From Chiloscyllium plagiosum (Eukaryota): a stretch of 64,000 nucleotides of DNA. The translations under genes and the position numbers were made by a program. Numbering within the stretch: position 1 is the stretch's first letter; every line of letters starts with the position of its first letter. Location of the stretch: the NCBI RefSeq assembly GCF_004010195.1, contig NC_057746.1, positions 9,109,412 to 9,173,411 on the forward strand, written 5' to 3'. Shown piece by piece: positions 12,601-27,600 of the stretch. The notes under the pieces are model-generated. The model was not told the origin of the DNA. It worked only from the letters and a program-made list of their open reading frames with translations, and ran no database searches.

Positions 12601-15600
12601 TCCTTTCCCCACATTCCGACCATTCCTCACCCAGAAGCATGACTCATCCTGGTTTTCTCTCACTCTTTACGCTCTTGTGCCGATTTCGGAATCCAGATTT
12701 CACTCCCGTTTCCGGTGCTGGGTAATCAGTTATCCCTCCTCCCATCCTCCCCCTCCCCAGTGTATTCCCATTCGGAGTCTGTGGGTCAGTCCCATCTCTT
12801 ACCCCATATTCTCTTCAGTGGTGCCGGCAGGCTGCTGTGTTCAATATGGCACACGTGATTCCGGTCATCCCCGGGCTCGATCTGGAAAGTTACTCGAATT
12901 TGGTAGGTGCCATCGTGATTGGGTAGAATGCCTGTGCTGTGGGTTCCGGAGACTGGCACTCCGTCTGCAAGCCAGGTCACATTAATCGACCGTGGGTAAA
13001 AGCCAGTGACTAGGCAGTGGAGGTTGCCATTATGCCCATTTGTGTAGTAGACATTTGCCTCAGGGACAACTGTGTGAGAGAGAGAGAGACACACACAGAG
13101 GGAGAGAGAGTCACTTTAACTGCAATGGCTCCCTTGGACTGGTTTTACTTTTCCATATTCCCAGTAATTTTGGTGAAATAAGGAGTACAGACTCAGGGAT
13201 CAGTCTGTGTGGGAATCTCAACCAAGTCCCGCCCTCTTGGCAAATCAGTCCGTTGAGCACCGGAGCGTCCAGCCGCCCTCAGTACTGCCCTCACCTTGCT
13301 GCGGTTCAGCAGATTAACTGTGGCCCACTCACTAACAGCTCTGGGAAATTCATTCTCCTCATCGACACAGAAGGACAGCAGCATTCGATGAGGAAGATGA
13401 TAAAAAAATGGAGATGGCCTTGAGAGAAACCGGAGTCAATCCTGGTGAAGAGTGCTATGGGCTGTGCACTGCACACTGACCCGTTTATTGTGTTCTGTGC
13501 CCTGCGTACTGTGCTGTGTACAGTGCCCTGTCCCTTGTGTACTGTGTTGTGTACAGTCCCCGTGCCCTGCATGTTGTGCTGTGTACAGTGCCCCATGCCC
13601 TGCTTATGTGCAGTGTACAGTGCCCTGTGCCCTGCATGCTGTGCTGTGCTCAGTGCCCCGCGCCCTGCGTGCTGTGCTGTGCTCAGTGCCCCGCACCCTG
13701 CGTACTGTGCGGTGTGCAATGCCCTGTGCCCAGGATACTGTGCTGTGTACAGTGCCCCGTGCCCTGCGTGCTGTGCTGTATGCAGTGCCCCGCGCGCTGC
13801 GTACTGTGAAGTGTCCAGTGCACCGTGCCCTGCGTGTTATGCTGTGTACAGTGCCCCGTGCCCTGCGTGCTGTGCTGTGTACACTGCCCCGTGCCCTGCG
13901 TACTGTGCTGTGTACACTGCCCCGTGCCCTGCGTACTGTGCTGTGTACAGTGTCCTGTGCCCTGCGTACTGTGATGTGTACAATGTCCTGTGCCCTGCGT
14001 ACTGTGCTGTGTACACTGCCCCATGCCCTGCGTGCTGTGCTGTGTACAGTGTCCTGTGCCCTGCGTACTGTGCTGTGTACAATGTCCTGTGCCCTGCGTA
14101 CTGTGCTGTGTACAGTGCTCCGTGCCCTGCGTACTGTGCTGTGTACAGTGCTCCGTGCTCTGCGTACTGTGCTGTGTACAGTGCTCTGCACCCTGTGTAC
14201 CGTGATGTATACAGTGCCTGTGCCCTGCATGCTGTGCTGTGTACAATGCTCCACGCCCTGCATACTATGCTGTGTACGGTGCCCCATGCCCTGCGTACTG
14301 TGCTGTGTAAGGTGCCCCATGCCCTGCATACTGTGCTGTGTACCGTGTCCCGTACCCTGCGTACTGTGCTGTGTACAGTGCCACGCGCCTTGTGTACTGT
14401 GCTGTGTACAGGGCCCCGTGCCCTGCGTACTGTGCTGTGTACAGGGCCCAGTACCCTGCGTACTGTGCTGTGTACAGTGCCCCATGCCCTGTGTACTGTG
14501 CTGTGTACAGTGCCAAGCGCCCTGCGTACTGTGCTGTGTACAGTGCCCCGTGCCCTGCATACTGTGCTGTGTACAGTGCCACGTGCCCTGCGTACTGTGC
14601 TGTGTACAGTGCCACGTGCCACTGTGCTGTGTACAGTGCCACGTGCCCTGCGTACTGTGCTGTGTACAGTGCCACGTGCCCTGCATACTGTGCTGTGTAC
14701 AGTGCCCCATGCCCTGCATGCTGTGCTGTGTACAGTGCCCCATGCCCTGCATGCTGTGCTGTGTACAGTGCCCTGTGCCCTGCATACTGTGCTGTGTACA
14801 GTGCCCTGTGCCATGTGTACCGTACTGTGTACAGTGCCTGTGCCTGCATACTGTGCTGTGTACAGTGCCCCATGCCTTGTGTACTGTGCTGTGTACAGTG
14901 CCCCTTGCCCTGCGTACTGTGATGTGTACAGTGCCCCGTGCCCTGCGTGCTGTGCTGTGTACAGTGCCCCGTGCCTTGTGTACTGTGCTGTGTATAGTGC
15001 CCCGTGCCCTGCGTACTGTGCTGTGTACAGTGCCCCGTGCCTTGTGTACTGTGCTGTGTACAGTGCCCCGTGCCCTGCGTACTGTGCTGTGTACAGTGCC
15101 CCGTGCCTTGTGTACTGTGCTGTGTACAGTGCCCCGTGCCCTGCGTACTATGCTGTGTACAGTGCCCCGTGCCTTGTGTACTGTGCTGTGTACAGTGCCC
15201 CGTGCCCTGTGTACTGTGCTGTGTACAGTGTCCCGTGCCCTGTGTACTGTGCTGTGTACAGTGCCCCGTGCCCTGCGTATTGTGCTGTGTACAGTGCCCC
15301 GTGCCTTGTGTACTATGCTGTGAGCTGTGTCCACACTTCCTGTGCTCTGTGTCGACTGATTTGTGGCGTGCTTTGTATTCAATTGTACGTGCCCTGTATG
15401 TTTGCTGTGGGTTGCCTGTGTTCCCTGCACTCTCTGCCTTGTGGATGTTGTATTGATCCAATGCCTGGGTCTGCTCCGCAGCAAGTGTGCCACACAGGAC
15501 AGCCATTTCAGTGCATTTTCCGTTGGGCTTGTGACAGCAACGTTTGGATCTGACCTACCTTTGCGATTCAGGAATGCCTGACCATAACCACGGTACGTGT

Positions 15601-18600
15601 TTAACCAATCAACGCAAATTCTCTTTGTGTATTGTTTCTTGTACTCGTTGTCATCCTTGTTGCTGTTCCACTTGTCCTGGGTCGACACCGCGTACGGGGA
15701 GACAGCAACCCAGAGGCTGTGATCCAGGTCGAAGCTGATCAGCTCTTGCCCGTTGAAGGCGTACTGTCGTTTTCCAGTGACAGTCCCATCCTCCAGTACC
15801 TCACAGCCTGAGGTATACTGCAGGTAGTTCAAACCTAAATACAACCAGAACCCAACAGACGTGAGCTTAAACCCAGCTTCTGCATTACGCATGATCACAC
15901 CTTAAACTCTAAATCGATATTCAAACGCAGGAATGTCATTGAATCACAGAATCCCGACAGTGTGGAAACAGGCCCTTCGGCCTGACAAGTCCATCCCGAC
16001 CCTCCAAACAGGATTCTACCCAACCCATTCCCCATTCCTCCACATTTACCTCTGACAAATGCATCTAATTGACACATCCCTGAACACTATGGGCAATTTA
16101 GCGTATCCAATTCACCCTAACCTGCACATCTTTGTCTGTGGGAAGAAATCAGAGCATCCAGACAGAGCCCACGCAGATGTGGGGAGAATGTCTGTGTGGA
16201 GTTTGCACAGTCACCTGAGGCTGGAATCGAACCCGGGTCCCTGTTGGGGCTGTGAGGCAGTAGTGCTAACCACTGAGCCACCGTGCCACCCTGCATTCAC
16301 ATGACAGTGAGAATGTAAAACAGTACAACGCAGGAACAAGTCCTTCCTCCCACCATGTCTGTACAGACTGTGAGGGCCAGCAATTGAATATGTTAACCAC
16401 TGTGCCCCATGAGCGCCAACAGGGCAGTATGGTGGCACTGTGTTTAGCACTGGTGCCTCACAGCGCCAGTGACCCAGGTTTGATTCCAGCCTTGGGTGAC
16501 TGTCTGTGTGGGTTTCCACTGGCCTCTCCGGTTTCTCCCCATAGCCCAAAGACCTGCACGTTAGATAGATTGGCCATACTGAATTGTCTTGTCGTATCCA
16601 TGGTTCCACATACTGGGTGGATTAGCATGGTAAATGCAGGGTTATGGAGATGGGAAGGGTCTGGGGAAAGATGCCCTTCAGAGGACTGGTACCAATCTAA
16701 ACTAACCCCACACACACGTGCACATTCCATATCCCTCGATTCCCTACCTGTTTGTGTGTCTGTCTAAATGCCTCTTAAATATTGCTGTTGTATCTGCTTC
16801 TACGACCACCCCTGGCAGTGTGTTCCAGGCACGTACAACCCTCTGCATGAAAAGACTAGCCTCATACATCATTTTTAAACTTACCACCTCTCACCTTAAA
16901 CCTGTGCCCCTTACTACTTAACATTTTCACCATGTCAAAGAGACCGCAATTGCCCACCCTATCCGCGCCTCTCATGATGTTACACACATCTATCAGATGA
17001 CCCCTCCGACTCTAATGCTCTAACAAAGACAATCCAAGTTTGTCCAACCTCTCCTGACAGCAAATACACTGCAATCCAGGCAACACCTTGATAAACCTCT
17101 TTTGTACCCGCTCCAAAGCCTCCATATCTTTCCTGTTGTGTGGTCACCACAATTGTATGCAATACTCCAAGTGTGGCCAGACCAAAGACTTAAACAGCTG
17201 CAACGTGACTTGCCCAACTTTTATACTCAATGCCCTGACAGATGAGAACAAGCATGCCATACACCTTCTTTACCATGTTATCCACTTGTGTTGCCATCTT
17301 CAGGGAGCTAAGGACTTGCACCCCAAGATCCCCACAATGCTCCTACGTTTGTATTGTACACTTTCCTCTTGCATTTGATCTCCTAAGATGCATCACCTCA
17401 CACTTGTCTGGACTAAACTCCATCTGCCAATTCTCTGTCCAACTTTCCTAATGATTTATATCCTACTGTAACTTTTGACAATCTTCCTCAATATCCACAC
17501 TTCCATTTTGAGTCATCTGCAAACTTACTAAATCAGACCACCTACCTTTCATCCAATATTACCAAACAGAGGTCCCAACACCCATCCTTGCAGAGCACCA
17601 CTGGTCACAGACCTACAGTCAGAACAATGCTCCATAGCTACTCTGTCTACTATGGCCAAACCAATTTTGCATCTGACTTGCCAACACACTATGGATCCCA
17701 AGAGACATAATCTTCTGGACCATCATTCTGGAACATGTCTGATCTTGTCAAATACCTGAGTGAAGTCCATGCAGACAGTATGCACTACCCGAGCCTCAAT
17801 ACTCATCTTTGTCACTTCCTTGAAACTTCACTTGAATTTGTGAGATAAAGACAATTGTGCCCAGAGCCATGCTAACTATCTCTAACAATATCCATTCCTT
17901 TCCAAACGTGAGGATATCCTAATGTTTGGAATCTTCTCCAACAATTTCCCTATCACTCGAGCAGCCTCGAGTTTCCCTTTGCCTTCCTTAAACAAAAGAA
18001 CAACACTGACTCTTCCCCATCTTCCGGGACCTCGCCTGTGGCTAAAGAGCATTCAGAGATCTCTGTCAAGGCCCCGGCAATCTCCTCCCTTGCCTCCTTC
18101 AGTATCCTGGGATAGATCCCATCAGGCCCTGGGAACCTATCCAAGTTGATGTCTTTCAACACCACCTCCTTCTTAATATTGACATGACCCAGAATTTCAA
18201 CCACCTCATATAGCCCTCCTTAATCTTCCCATCATGCATATCCTTCTCCTGGGTGAATACTGATGAATAGTACTCACTAAGGACCTCGCCCATTTACTCC
18301 TTGCATAAATTCCCCCTTTGTCTCTGAATGAACTTGCCCTTTCTCTGGTTAACCACGTGCTGCTCATGTATCTATAAAATATCTTGGCATTCTCTTTATT
18401 CCTACTTACGGCCCCTTCTAACCCTCCAAATCTCTTGTTGAAGTTCTTTCCTGCTTCCTTTATATTCCTAAACCTTAGATTCCTAGATTCCCTACAGTGT
18501 GGAAACAGTCCCTTCAGCCCAGCAAGTCCACACCGAGCCTCTGAACAGTAACCCACCCAGTCCCATTTCCCTCTGACTCATGTACCTAACATTATGGGCA

Positions 18601-21600
18601 ATTTAACATGGCCAATTGACCTAACCTGCACATCTTTAGACTGTGGGAGGAAACTGGAGCACCCGGAGGAAACCCACACAGACACGGGGAGAATGTGCAA
18701 ACTCCACACAGACAGTCACCCCCGAGGCTGGGATTGAACCTGGGACCCTGGTGCTGTGAGGTAGCAGTGCTAATCACTGAGCCACCATGCTGCCCCAAAA
18801 CCTTAATATGCTTCTTTTTCTTTTTTGACTATACTCTGAATATCTCTTGTCATCCAGGGTTCCTGAATCTTGCTGTCCTTGTCTTCCATTGTCACAGGGA
18901 CAAGCTGGTCCTGGCCTTCAAAAGGCTCCCTCATTTCAAATAGGAATTTACCCTCTAAACAGCCACACCCAATCTCATTTCTCCAGTCCCTGCTTAATAC
19001 TGTTGCAATCAGCCTCCCCCAATATATTTCGTCTGATGACCAGTTTTACCCTTAACTATCGTCAAACTTATGGAATTACAATTACTGTTCCCGAAACGTG
19101 CCACCACTGAAAATGGGATCACTTGCGCAGGCTCATTCCCCGATAAGTAATCGAGTGCAGCCCTTCCCTAGTTGGGACTATCTACATTTCATCTACATTT
19201 CAGGAAACCTTCCTAGGTGTATGGAAACAATGTGCATGAGCCAAAGAGAACTCCTGCAGCATGCCCCAATGACTGCTGCCCTGAAGCTCTTCAACCATGT
19301 TCTGAAACAGACTCGCTATCACAGCCCTCCAACCTTCCAGCTCAGCACTGTCTCCATGATGTGTCCTACCTGCCTATCTTCCTTCCCACCTATCCACTCC
19401 ACCCTCCTCTCTGATCTATCACCTTCATCCCCACCCCCATTCACCCACTGTACTCTTTGCTACCTCCCCCCACCCAATTCTACTCTTTGCTACCTTCTCC
19501 CACCCTCCTCTCTGACCTATCACCTTCATCCCCACCCTCATTCACCTATTGTACTCTATGCTACTTTCTCCCCACCCCCAATCCCCTCTCACTTATCTCT
19601 GCACTCTGCAGGCACCCTGCCTCTATTCCTGATGAAGGGCTTTTGCCCGAAACGTCAATTTTCCCGCTCCTCGGATGCTGCCTGACTTGCTGTGCTTTTC
19701 CAGCACCACTCTAATCTAGACTGCTACCTGATGGACTCTGACCTCCAGTATTATGAAGTGCTTCGAGAGGTTAGTCATGCTTCACATCAACTCCAGCCTA
19801 CCCAACTGCTTGGATGATTTGTAATTCACTGACCAGTGCAATCGGTCCACAGCAGATGCCAATTCCTTGGTGCTACACTCATCCCAGGAATATTGGAAAA
19901 CAAGGATACCTATATCTGGCTCCGACCTATTGACTACAGTTCCGCCTTCATCACAACAATTCCAAACAAACTCATCTCTGAACTCAGTGACTTAGGTCTT
20001 GGCTCCCTACTCTGTAACTGGATCCTCCACTTCCTGACCCATAGACCACAATCAGTAAGAGTAGGCCAGAACACCTCTTCCAGCATAATCCTCAACGCTG
20101 ATGCCCCACAAGGCTGCATACTTATCCCCCTTCAAAACTCCTTATACACTCACGACTGTGCAGACAAATTCTGACCCAAATCAATTCACAAATTTGGTGA
20201 TGACACCATCGCCGTGGGTCGGATTTGAAACAATGGCGAGACAGAATGCTGGAAAGTGGGTGAGTGCTTACGGCATGGTGTAAAGACAATAATGTCTTCA
20301 TCAACATCAGCAAAATGAAGGGGCTGAATGTGGTCATTGACTCCAGGAAGCAGAGTCAAAGCACTCCCCCTGTCTGCATCAATGGTGCTGAGGTGGAGGT
20401 GGTCGACAGCATCATGTTCCCTGGACGCGATGGTCACCAACGACCTGTCCTAGTCCACCCATGTTGATGCAATGGTCAAGAAAGCACAACAATGTCTCTA
20501 CTTCCTGAGGAGGCTAAGGATATTTGGCATGTCCACAAGGATTCTAACCGATTTTTATAGACGTACCATAGAAAGCATCCTATCTAGATGCATCATCTAG
20601 ATGCTCTGCCCAAAAAACTACAGTCATGAACACAGCCCAGTCCATCACACAAAGCAGCCTCCCATCCACTGACTCCATCTACACTTCCTGCTGCCTAGGG
20701 AAAGCAATCAACCACAAAGACCCGTTCCACCCTCTTCCATCACGCAGAAGATATAAAGATTTGGATACCTATACGAAGATATTCAAGAACAGCTTCATCC
20801 CCGCTGTTATCACACTTTTGAACAGACCTCTCAAATATTAACTCTGATCCCGCTCTCTCTCTCTCTCTGCAGCTGTAACACTATATCGTGCATTCTACTC
20901 TGCGACCTTGGGGGACTTCGTATGGTACGATCTGCCAGTACAGAATGCAACACAACACTTTTCACTATATCTCAATAAACCAATCAATCAAATTTGTCCC
21001 ATCCAGTCCCTAAGTCACCATGGATCCCAAACAACTTAATCTTCTGGACCAGTCTACCACATCTGACCTTATCAAATACGTATTCTATGCAGACAACGTC
21101 CATTACCCTAACCTGAACAATCATCTTTGTCTCTTCCTCAAAAGACACAATTGAATTTATGAGGTAAGACCGCTGTCAAAGATAAAATCACTCACCTTAG
21201 CAACCATGCTGTTTTCTTTTAAAACATCTTTCCATGACCTGCTTACACAGCTGTTCCTGTATCACCCATTGGCTATTGGGAGGCCTACAGTATAACCCCA
21301 GAGTGACTGGAGCTTTCAGCTTCCTGAGTTCTACCCTCCCATCCTCACTGGATGAAGTCTCCAAGATGTCCTCTCTCAGTACAGCTGCACTTTCTCCTTA
21401 ATCAGTAATGCAACATTGAAACTCTGGAACGCTGAGCTGTCAGTCCTGCCCTTCTCTGAACCAAGCTTCTGTTTTGACTGTAACATCACAGCACCATGTA
21501 CTAACCCAGGCTCTAAGCTCAGAACCTTACCTGCTATACTCAGGTTTGTGCTAGAACTATATATTCCCCATTACAGATCACCCTGAGGACCTGGGTCACA

Positions 21601-24600
21601 CATCTACAGGAGTACATATTCCCCATTACAGACAACCCTGAGTACCTGGGTCACACACTAACAGGAGTACATATTCCCCATTACAGACCACCCTGAGGAC
21701 CTGGGTCACACACTAACAGGAGTACATATTCCTCATTACAGATCTCCCTCAGTAACTGGGTCACAGATTAACAGGGGTACATATTGCCCATTACAGATCT
21801 CCCTGAGGACCTGGGTCACACAATAACAGGGGTACATATTGCCCATTACAGACCACCCGGAGGACCTGGGTCACACACTGACAGGGGTACATATTCCCCG
21901 TTACAGATCTCCCTCAGGACCTGGGTCACACACTGACAGGGGTACATATTCCCCATTACAGATCTCCCTGAGGGCCTGGGTCACACACTAACAGGGGTAC
22001 ATATTCCCCATTACAGATCTCCCAGAGGGCCTGGGTGACACACTAACAGGAGTACGTATTCCCCGTTACAGATCACTCTGATGGTCTGGGTCACACACTA
22101 ACAGGAGTACATATTCCCCATTACAGACCACCCGGAGGACCAGGGTCACACACTAACAGGGGTACATATTCCCCATTGCAGACCACCCTGAGGACCTGGG
22201 TCACACACTAACAGGGGTATATATTTCCCATTGCAGACCACCCTGAGGACCTGGGCCACTCACTGACAGGGGTACATATTCCCCGTTACAGACCACCCTG
22301 AGGACCTGGGTCGCACACTAACAGGGGTACATATTCCCCATTACAGACCACCCTGAGGACCTGGGTCACACACTAACAGGGGTACATATTCCCCATTACA
22401 GATATCCCTGAGGACCAGGGTCAGACACTAACAGGGGTACATATTCCCCATTGCAGACCACCCTGAGGACCTGGGTCAGACACTAACAGGAGTGCATATT
22501 CCCCATTACAGACCACCCTGAGGACCTGGGTCACACACTAACAGGAGTACATAGTCCCCATTACAGACCACCCTGAGGACCTGGGTCACACACTAACAGG
22601 AGTACATATTCCTCATTACAGACCTCCCTGAGTAACTGGGTCACAGATTAACAGGGGTACATATTGCCCATTACAGATCTCCCTGAGGACCTGGGTCACA
22701 CAATAACAGGGGTACATATTGCCCATTACAGACCACCCGGAGGACCTGGGTCACACACTGACAGGGGTACGTATTCCCCGTTACAGATCTCCCTCAGGAC
22801 CTGGGTAACACACTAACAGGAGTACGTATTCCCCGTTACAGATCTCCCTGAGGGCCTGGGTAACACACTGACAGGGGTACCTATTCCCCGTTACAGATCT
22901 CCCTCAGGACCTGGGTCACACACTAACAGGAATACATATTCCCCATTACAGATCTCCCTGAGGGCCTGGGTCACGCACTAACATGGGTACATATTCCCCA
23001 TTACAGATCTCCCAGAGGGTCTGGGTGACACACTAACAGGAGTACGTATTCCCCGTTACAGATCACTCTGATGGTCTGGGTCACACACTAACAGGAGGAC
23101 ATATTCCCCATTACAGATCTCCCTGAGGATCGCTCTGGGTCACACACTAACAGGAGTACATATTCCCCATTACAGACCACCCGGAGGACCAGGGTCAGAC
23201 AATAACAGGGGTACATATTCCCCTTTACAGATCACCATGAGGACCTGGGCCACACACCGGCAGGGGTATATATTCCCCATTATAGATCACCCTGAGGGTC
23301 TGGGTCACACACTGACAGGAGTTCATATTCCCCATTACAGATCACCTGGGTCACGCACTAAGAAGAGTATACGTTTTCACCGTTAAGGATTTCTTGTGGC
23401 CTAGGTTTCTCACTAACATGAAAGTGTGTTCAGCGTTACAAATTATCCTGCAGCCTGGGTGACACCTTAACGCAAGAGTACGTCTGTCCATTCCAGCCGT
23501 CCTGTGAACCTGGTCCACTCTCTAACACAAGTATACTTTCACTGTTGCAGCCTTCCTAGGAACCTGGGTCAAACTCTTACATGAGAGTTTGTTCACCATT
23601 GTACTCTGTGAAGCCAGGTCACTCTGTAACCCATGTGAGCACTAACCTTGTTTACTGCTGTTTGTTCTCCGTTGTGCTATCTCCACATTGGTGAGGGACA
23701 GACGCTGTCGGTCAATCAGCCGCTGTGTCTCCTGTTCCCAATATTGATCCGTCAGTGATGTCCGCATCCACGGCTGCCGAGGGATATTCTTCTGGATCAC
23801 ACTGTCAAAGTAGGTTATCTGGACATCATCCAAAACTCCAACATGAATGAATTTAGGAAAGTCATTGCTGTTCAGCATTGAGGTGTAGTAATACCTCAGG
23901 GAGTGTGATTCTGTCAAAGATAAAAGCCAAATCTGTCTCAGGGAAGACAATAAAACCATAAGACCTTGGAGCCGAGGTAGTCTACTCAGCCCATCGCATC
24001 GGTTTCAATGAGATCATGGCTGATCTGCGAGTCTCCAAATCCTCTTCCCTACCGTTTGTCCCATAACACTTGATTCCTGACTGATTTGAAATCTCAGCCT
24101 TACAAAATCCATAACAAACCCGCCTCTACATTTATTTGTGAGAAAGAATTTCACCGATTCACCACCCTCAGAGGAAAAGGACTTCTTCAATTCTGTCTTA
24201 ATCATGCAACCCCTTATTGTGAGATTATTCCCTCCGGCCCTGGATCTTCCCACAAGGGGAGCAACCCTTTCGGACCTCAGGTTGAGGTTCTGGACGTTCC
24301 AAACCCAGTATGGTGACCATACGAACATTGCAGCTCAGCGAGCAAACTTACACCCGGGGAACAACCTTTCCGCATCTCCCCTGCCAAATGCCGGAAAAAT
24401 CTTTGATGTTTCAATAAGATCGGCTATCATCCTCCTACAGTGCAATGAGGCCCAAATTATTCAACCACTCCTCATAACTCACTCCCTTCATTCCTGGCAC
24501 CAGCCTAGTGAACATTCTCCGGTCTGCCTCCAATGCTCGCACATCTATCCTTACAAAAGAGGCGCAAAACTTTTCACAGTATTCCAGCTGTGACCTGACC

Positions 24601-27600
24601 AATGCCTTATATAGTTTCATCAAAACCTCCCTAATTTTATATGCCATTGCCTTTGACATAGACGGAGAAAGTGAGGTCGCCAGATGCTCGAGATCAGAGA
24701 TGGAAATGTGTTGCTGGAAGAAGGGCTAATGCCCAAAACGTCGATTCTCCTGTTCCCTAGATGCTGCCTGACCTGCTGCGCTTTTCCAGCAACACATTTC
24801 CACCTTTGACATAGACACCAACATTCCATTTGCTTTCTCTAATAACTGCTGAACTTACATGCCAGTTTTTTTTTTGTGATTTGCACAGAGACGCTCATAT
24901 TCCTCTGTGCTGTAGTTTTCTGCAGTCTTTCTCCATTTAAATAATATTCAGCTCCCCAGTTCTCCTGCCAAAGTGAATTACTTCATATTTTCCCACAATA
25001 TGTTCCATTGGCCATGTTTTGCCCGCTCACTTGTTTATACCTCTTACTGACTTTTTGTATCAGCATTAGCACTTGTCTTCCCACTTATTTTTGTGTAATC
25101 CATCAACTTGGCTACAGTAACTCCTTCACGTTATTGACATATATCATAAATATTTGTGGCCCCAGCACAATCCCTGGTGCACTCCACCCTGGCTGCCATT
25201 TTGATAATACCCTCTCTTAGCCCAACTCTCTATCTTCTATTAGTTAACTAATCCTATATGCATACAAAGGTATTGCCTCCAACAACAGGAATACTTCACT
25301 TATTACATAGCTTATCAAGTATTACTTAATCAAGGGACTTCTGAAAATCTAAGTATATTACATCTACTGTTTCCCTTTTATCTATCCTGCTTGTTACTTC
25401 CTCAAAGAATTTGTATAAATTTGTCAGGCATGTTTTCCCCTTCATGAAGCTTTACTGACTCTGTTCATTTATATTATGTGTTTCTAAATTCCCTGCTGTT
25501 ACATCCTTTTAAAGAAACTCTAATGTTTCCCCCATAACAGATATTAAGCTAACTGGCCTATAAATACCTGTCTTTTTCCTATCTTTCCTTCTTAAATAGA
25601 GGTAGGAGAAAGTGGGGACTGTAAATACTGGAGAGTCAGAGTCGAAAAGTGTGGTGCTGGAAAAGCGCAGCAGGTCAGGCAGCATCCGAGGAGCAAAAGA
25701 GTCGACATTTCGGGCATAAGCCCTTCATTAGAACATTCCTGATGAAGGGCATATAGCCAAAAGGTCGACTCTCCCGCTCCTCGGATTCTGCCTGACCTGC
25801 TGCGCTTTTCCAGCACCATGCTTTTCAACTTCTTAAATAGACATGTTTGACAGTCTTCCAATCTGCTGGGGCTTTTCCAGAATCGAACTAGTCCTGGAAG
25901 GTTCCAGCCAGTGCATCTACTATCTCTACAGCTACTTCCTTTAGTATCCTCAGATGCATCCCATCAGGTCCATGGGACTTAATGGTTTTTAAACCCCATT
26001 AGTTTCCTCTGTTGAAAAGTATTTACGTCCATTCCTCCTTTTGTCACTTAATTATGTTGCAATTTTGGAATGTTATTAGCATCATGTACTGTTGAGATCA
26101 TTGGAAAGTATTTATTCAGCTCCTCTGCCGTTTCCTGGTTCTCCAGTGTTAGTTCCCCAGCGTTTTCCTAGGGACCTGCGTTTCCTCTCTCTGCCTTTTC
26201 AGATATTTAAATAAGCTCTTGCTGACTGTTTTCTTATTACTTTCAAGTTTCCCTCAAGTTTTAACTTTTCCCTCTTCATTAATTTCTTGGTCTTTTCTCG
26301 TTGGTTTTGAAGGTGTTCCCAATCCCCTGGCTTGCTACTAATTTTTGCCACATTTAATTTAAACTTATCTTTAATTGGACGATCTCCTTAACCTCCCTAA
26401 TTAACCATTGTTGGCTCATGCTCTTTCTAAAGTCCCCTTCTACTCAATGGGGTGTACCATATATACTCGAGTAAAAGTCAATTCTTTTTAAGGTTAAATT
26501 TATGGGGTCAACTATTATCTGGATACCACTTTTGAGGGGCTGAAATTCATGCCTGTCAAAATCTATACCATATCATTCGCAGAAGCCCAACTGATCCCTA
26601 AACAAATAAAGACACAAAAACTACGATTACGGTAATTCTGAACACCCAGAGTGGAGCAAGCCAAGTGGCACACTGATTCATAAATGTTGATTAGATTATT
26701 TACAACGTGGAAACAGGCCCTTCGGCCCAACAAGTCCACACCGACCCGTCGAAGGGCACCCATCCAGACCCATTCCCCTACATTTACCCCTGCACCTAAC
26801 ACTACGGGCAATTTAGCATGGCCAATTCACCTAACCTGCACATTTCTGGACTGTGGGAGGAAACCAGAGCACCTAGAGGAAACCCAAGCAGAATGTGCAA
26901 ACTCCACACAAACAGTCACCTGAGACGGGTCTCTGGCCCTGTGAGACAGCAGTGCTAACCACTGTGCCACCGTGCCGCCCATGACCTGTTACCTGTGAAG
27001 AACTAGGGTTGACTTTTTCATGTCATATATGGAACATTCTCGATTTTTTTGGCCGAAAATAAGGGGTTGACTTTAACAGGAGATCGACTATTACTCGAGT
27101 ATATATGATATCTCTGCTGTGAGGTTGTAAATGTCTTTAAATATCGGCCATTGTTCCCCAGTCTCCAAACTTCTTTCCCAGTTCATTCCTGCCAACTCTA
27201 CACTTATTCCTTTGTTTGAGTGTAGCACAATTGTTTCTGACCCAGGTTCCTCCCTCTCAAACTGAACGCTAAGTTCTACCAGGTGATGGTCACTTATTTT
27301 GACTCTAACACCATTTATTAAACCTGTCTCACGAGACAGTACCAGATCCAAAAGAGCCGAACCCTTGGTTGGGTCCATAACATATTGTTCAGGAAACTGT
27401 CCTGAATTCTTCCTCATGGTTACCTCTGTCAATCAGGCTACCCCAATGTCTATGAAGATTAAAGTTACCCATTATTAATGTACTACCTTTGTTGTATACC
27501 CTCATTATCTCCTGGTTCATTCTCTGTCCCGTTAGGGGTCCATAAATAATCGCTGGAAATGTGTTGCTGGAAAAGCGCAGCAGGTCAGGCAGCATCCAGG

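Noticed and set aside
13445-15553. 600-760 aa Cys/His-rich ORFs on both strands
   Set aside because: Artefacts of a stop-free 33-bp minisatellite inside an intron; only the alpha2 exon part of 13604-15898 is coding.
21555-23350. CRISPR-like regular arrays (also 35805-36275 and 57020-60100)
   Set aside because: No unique spacers, no cas genes, and the DNA is vertebrate.
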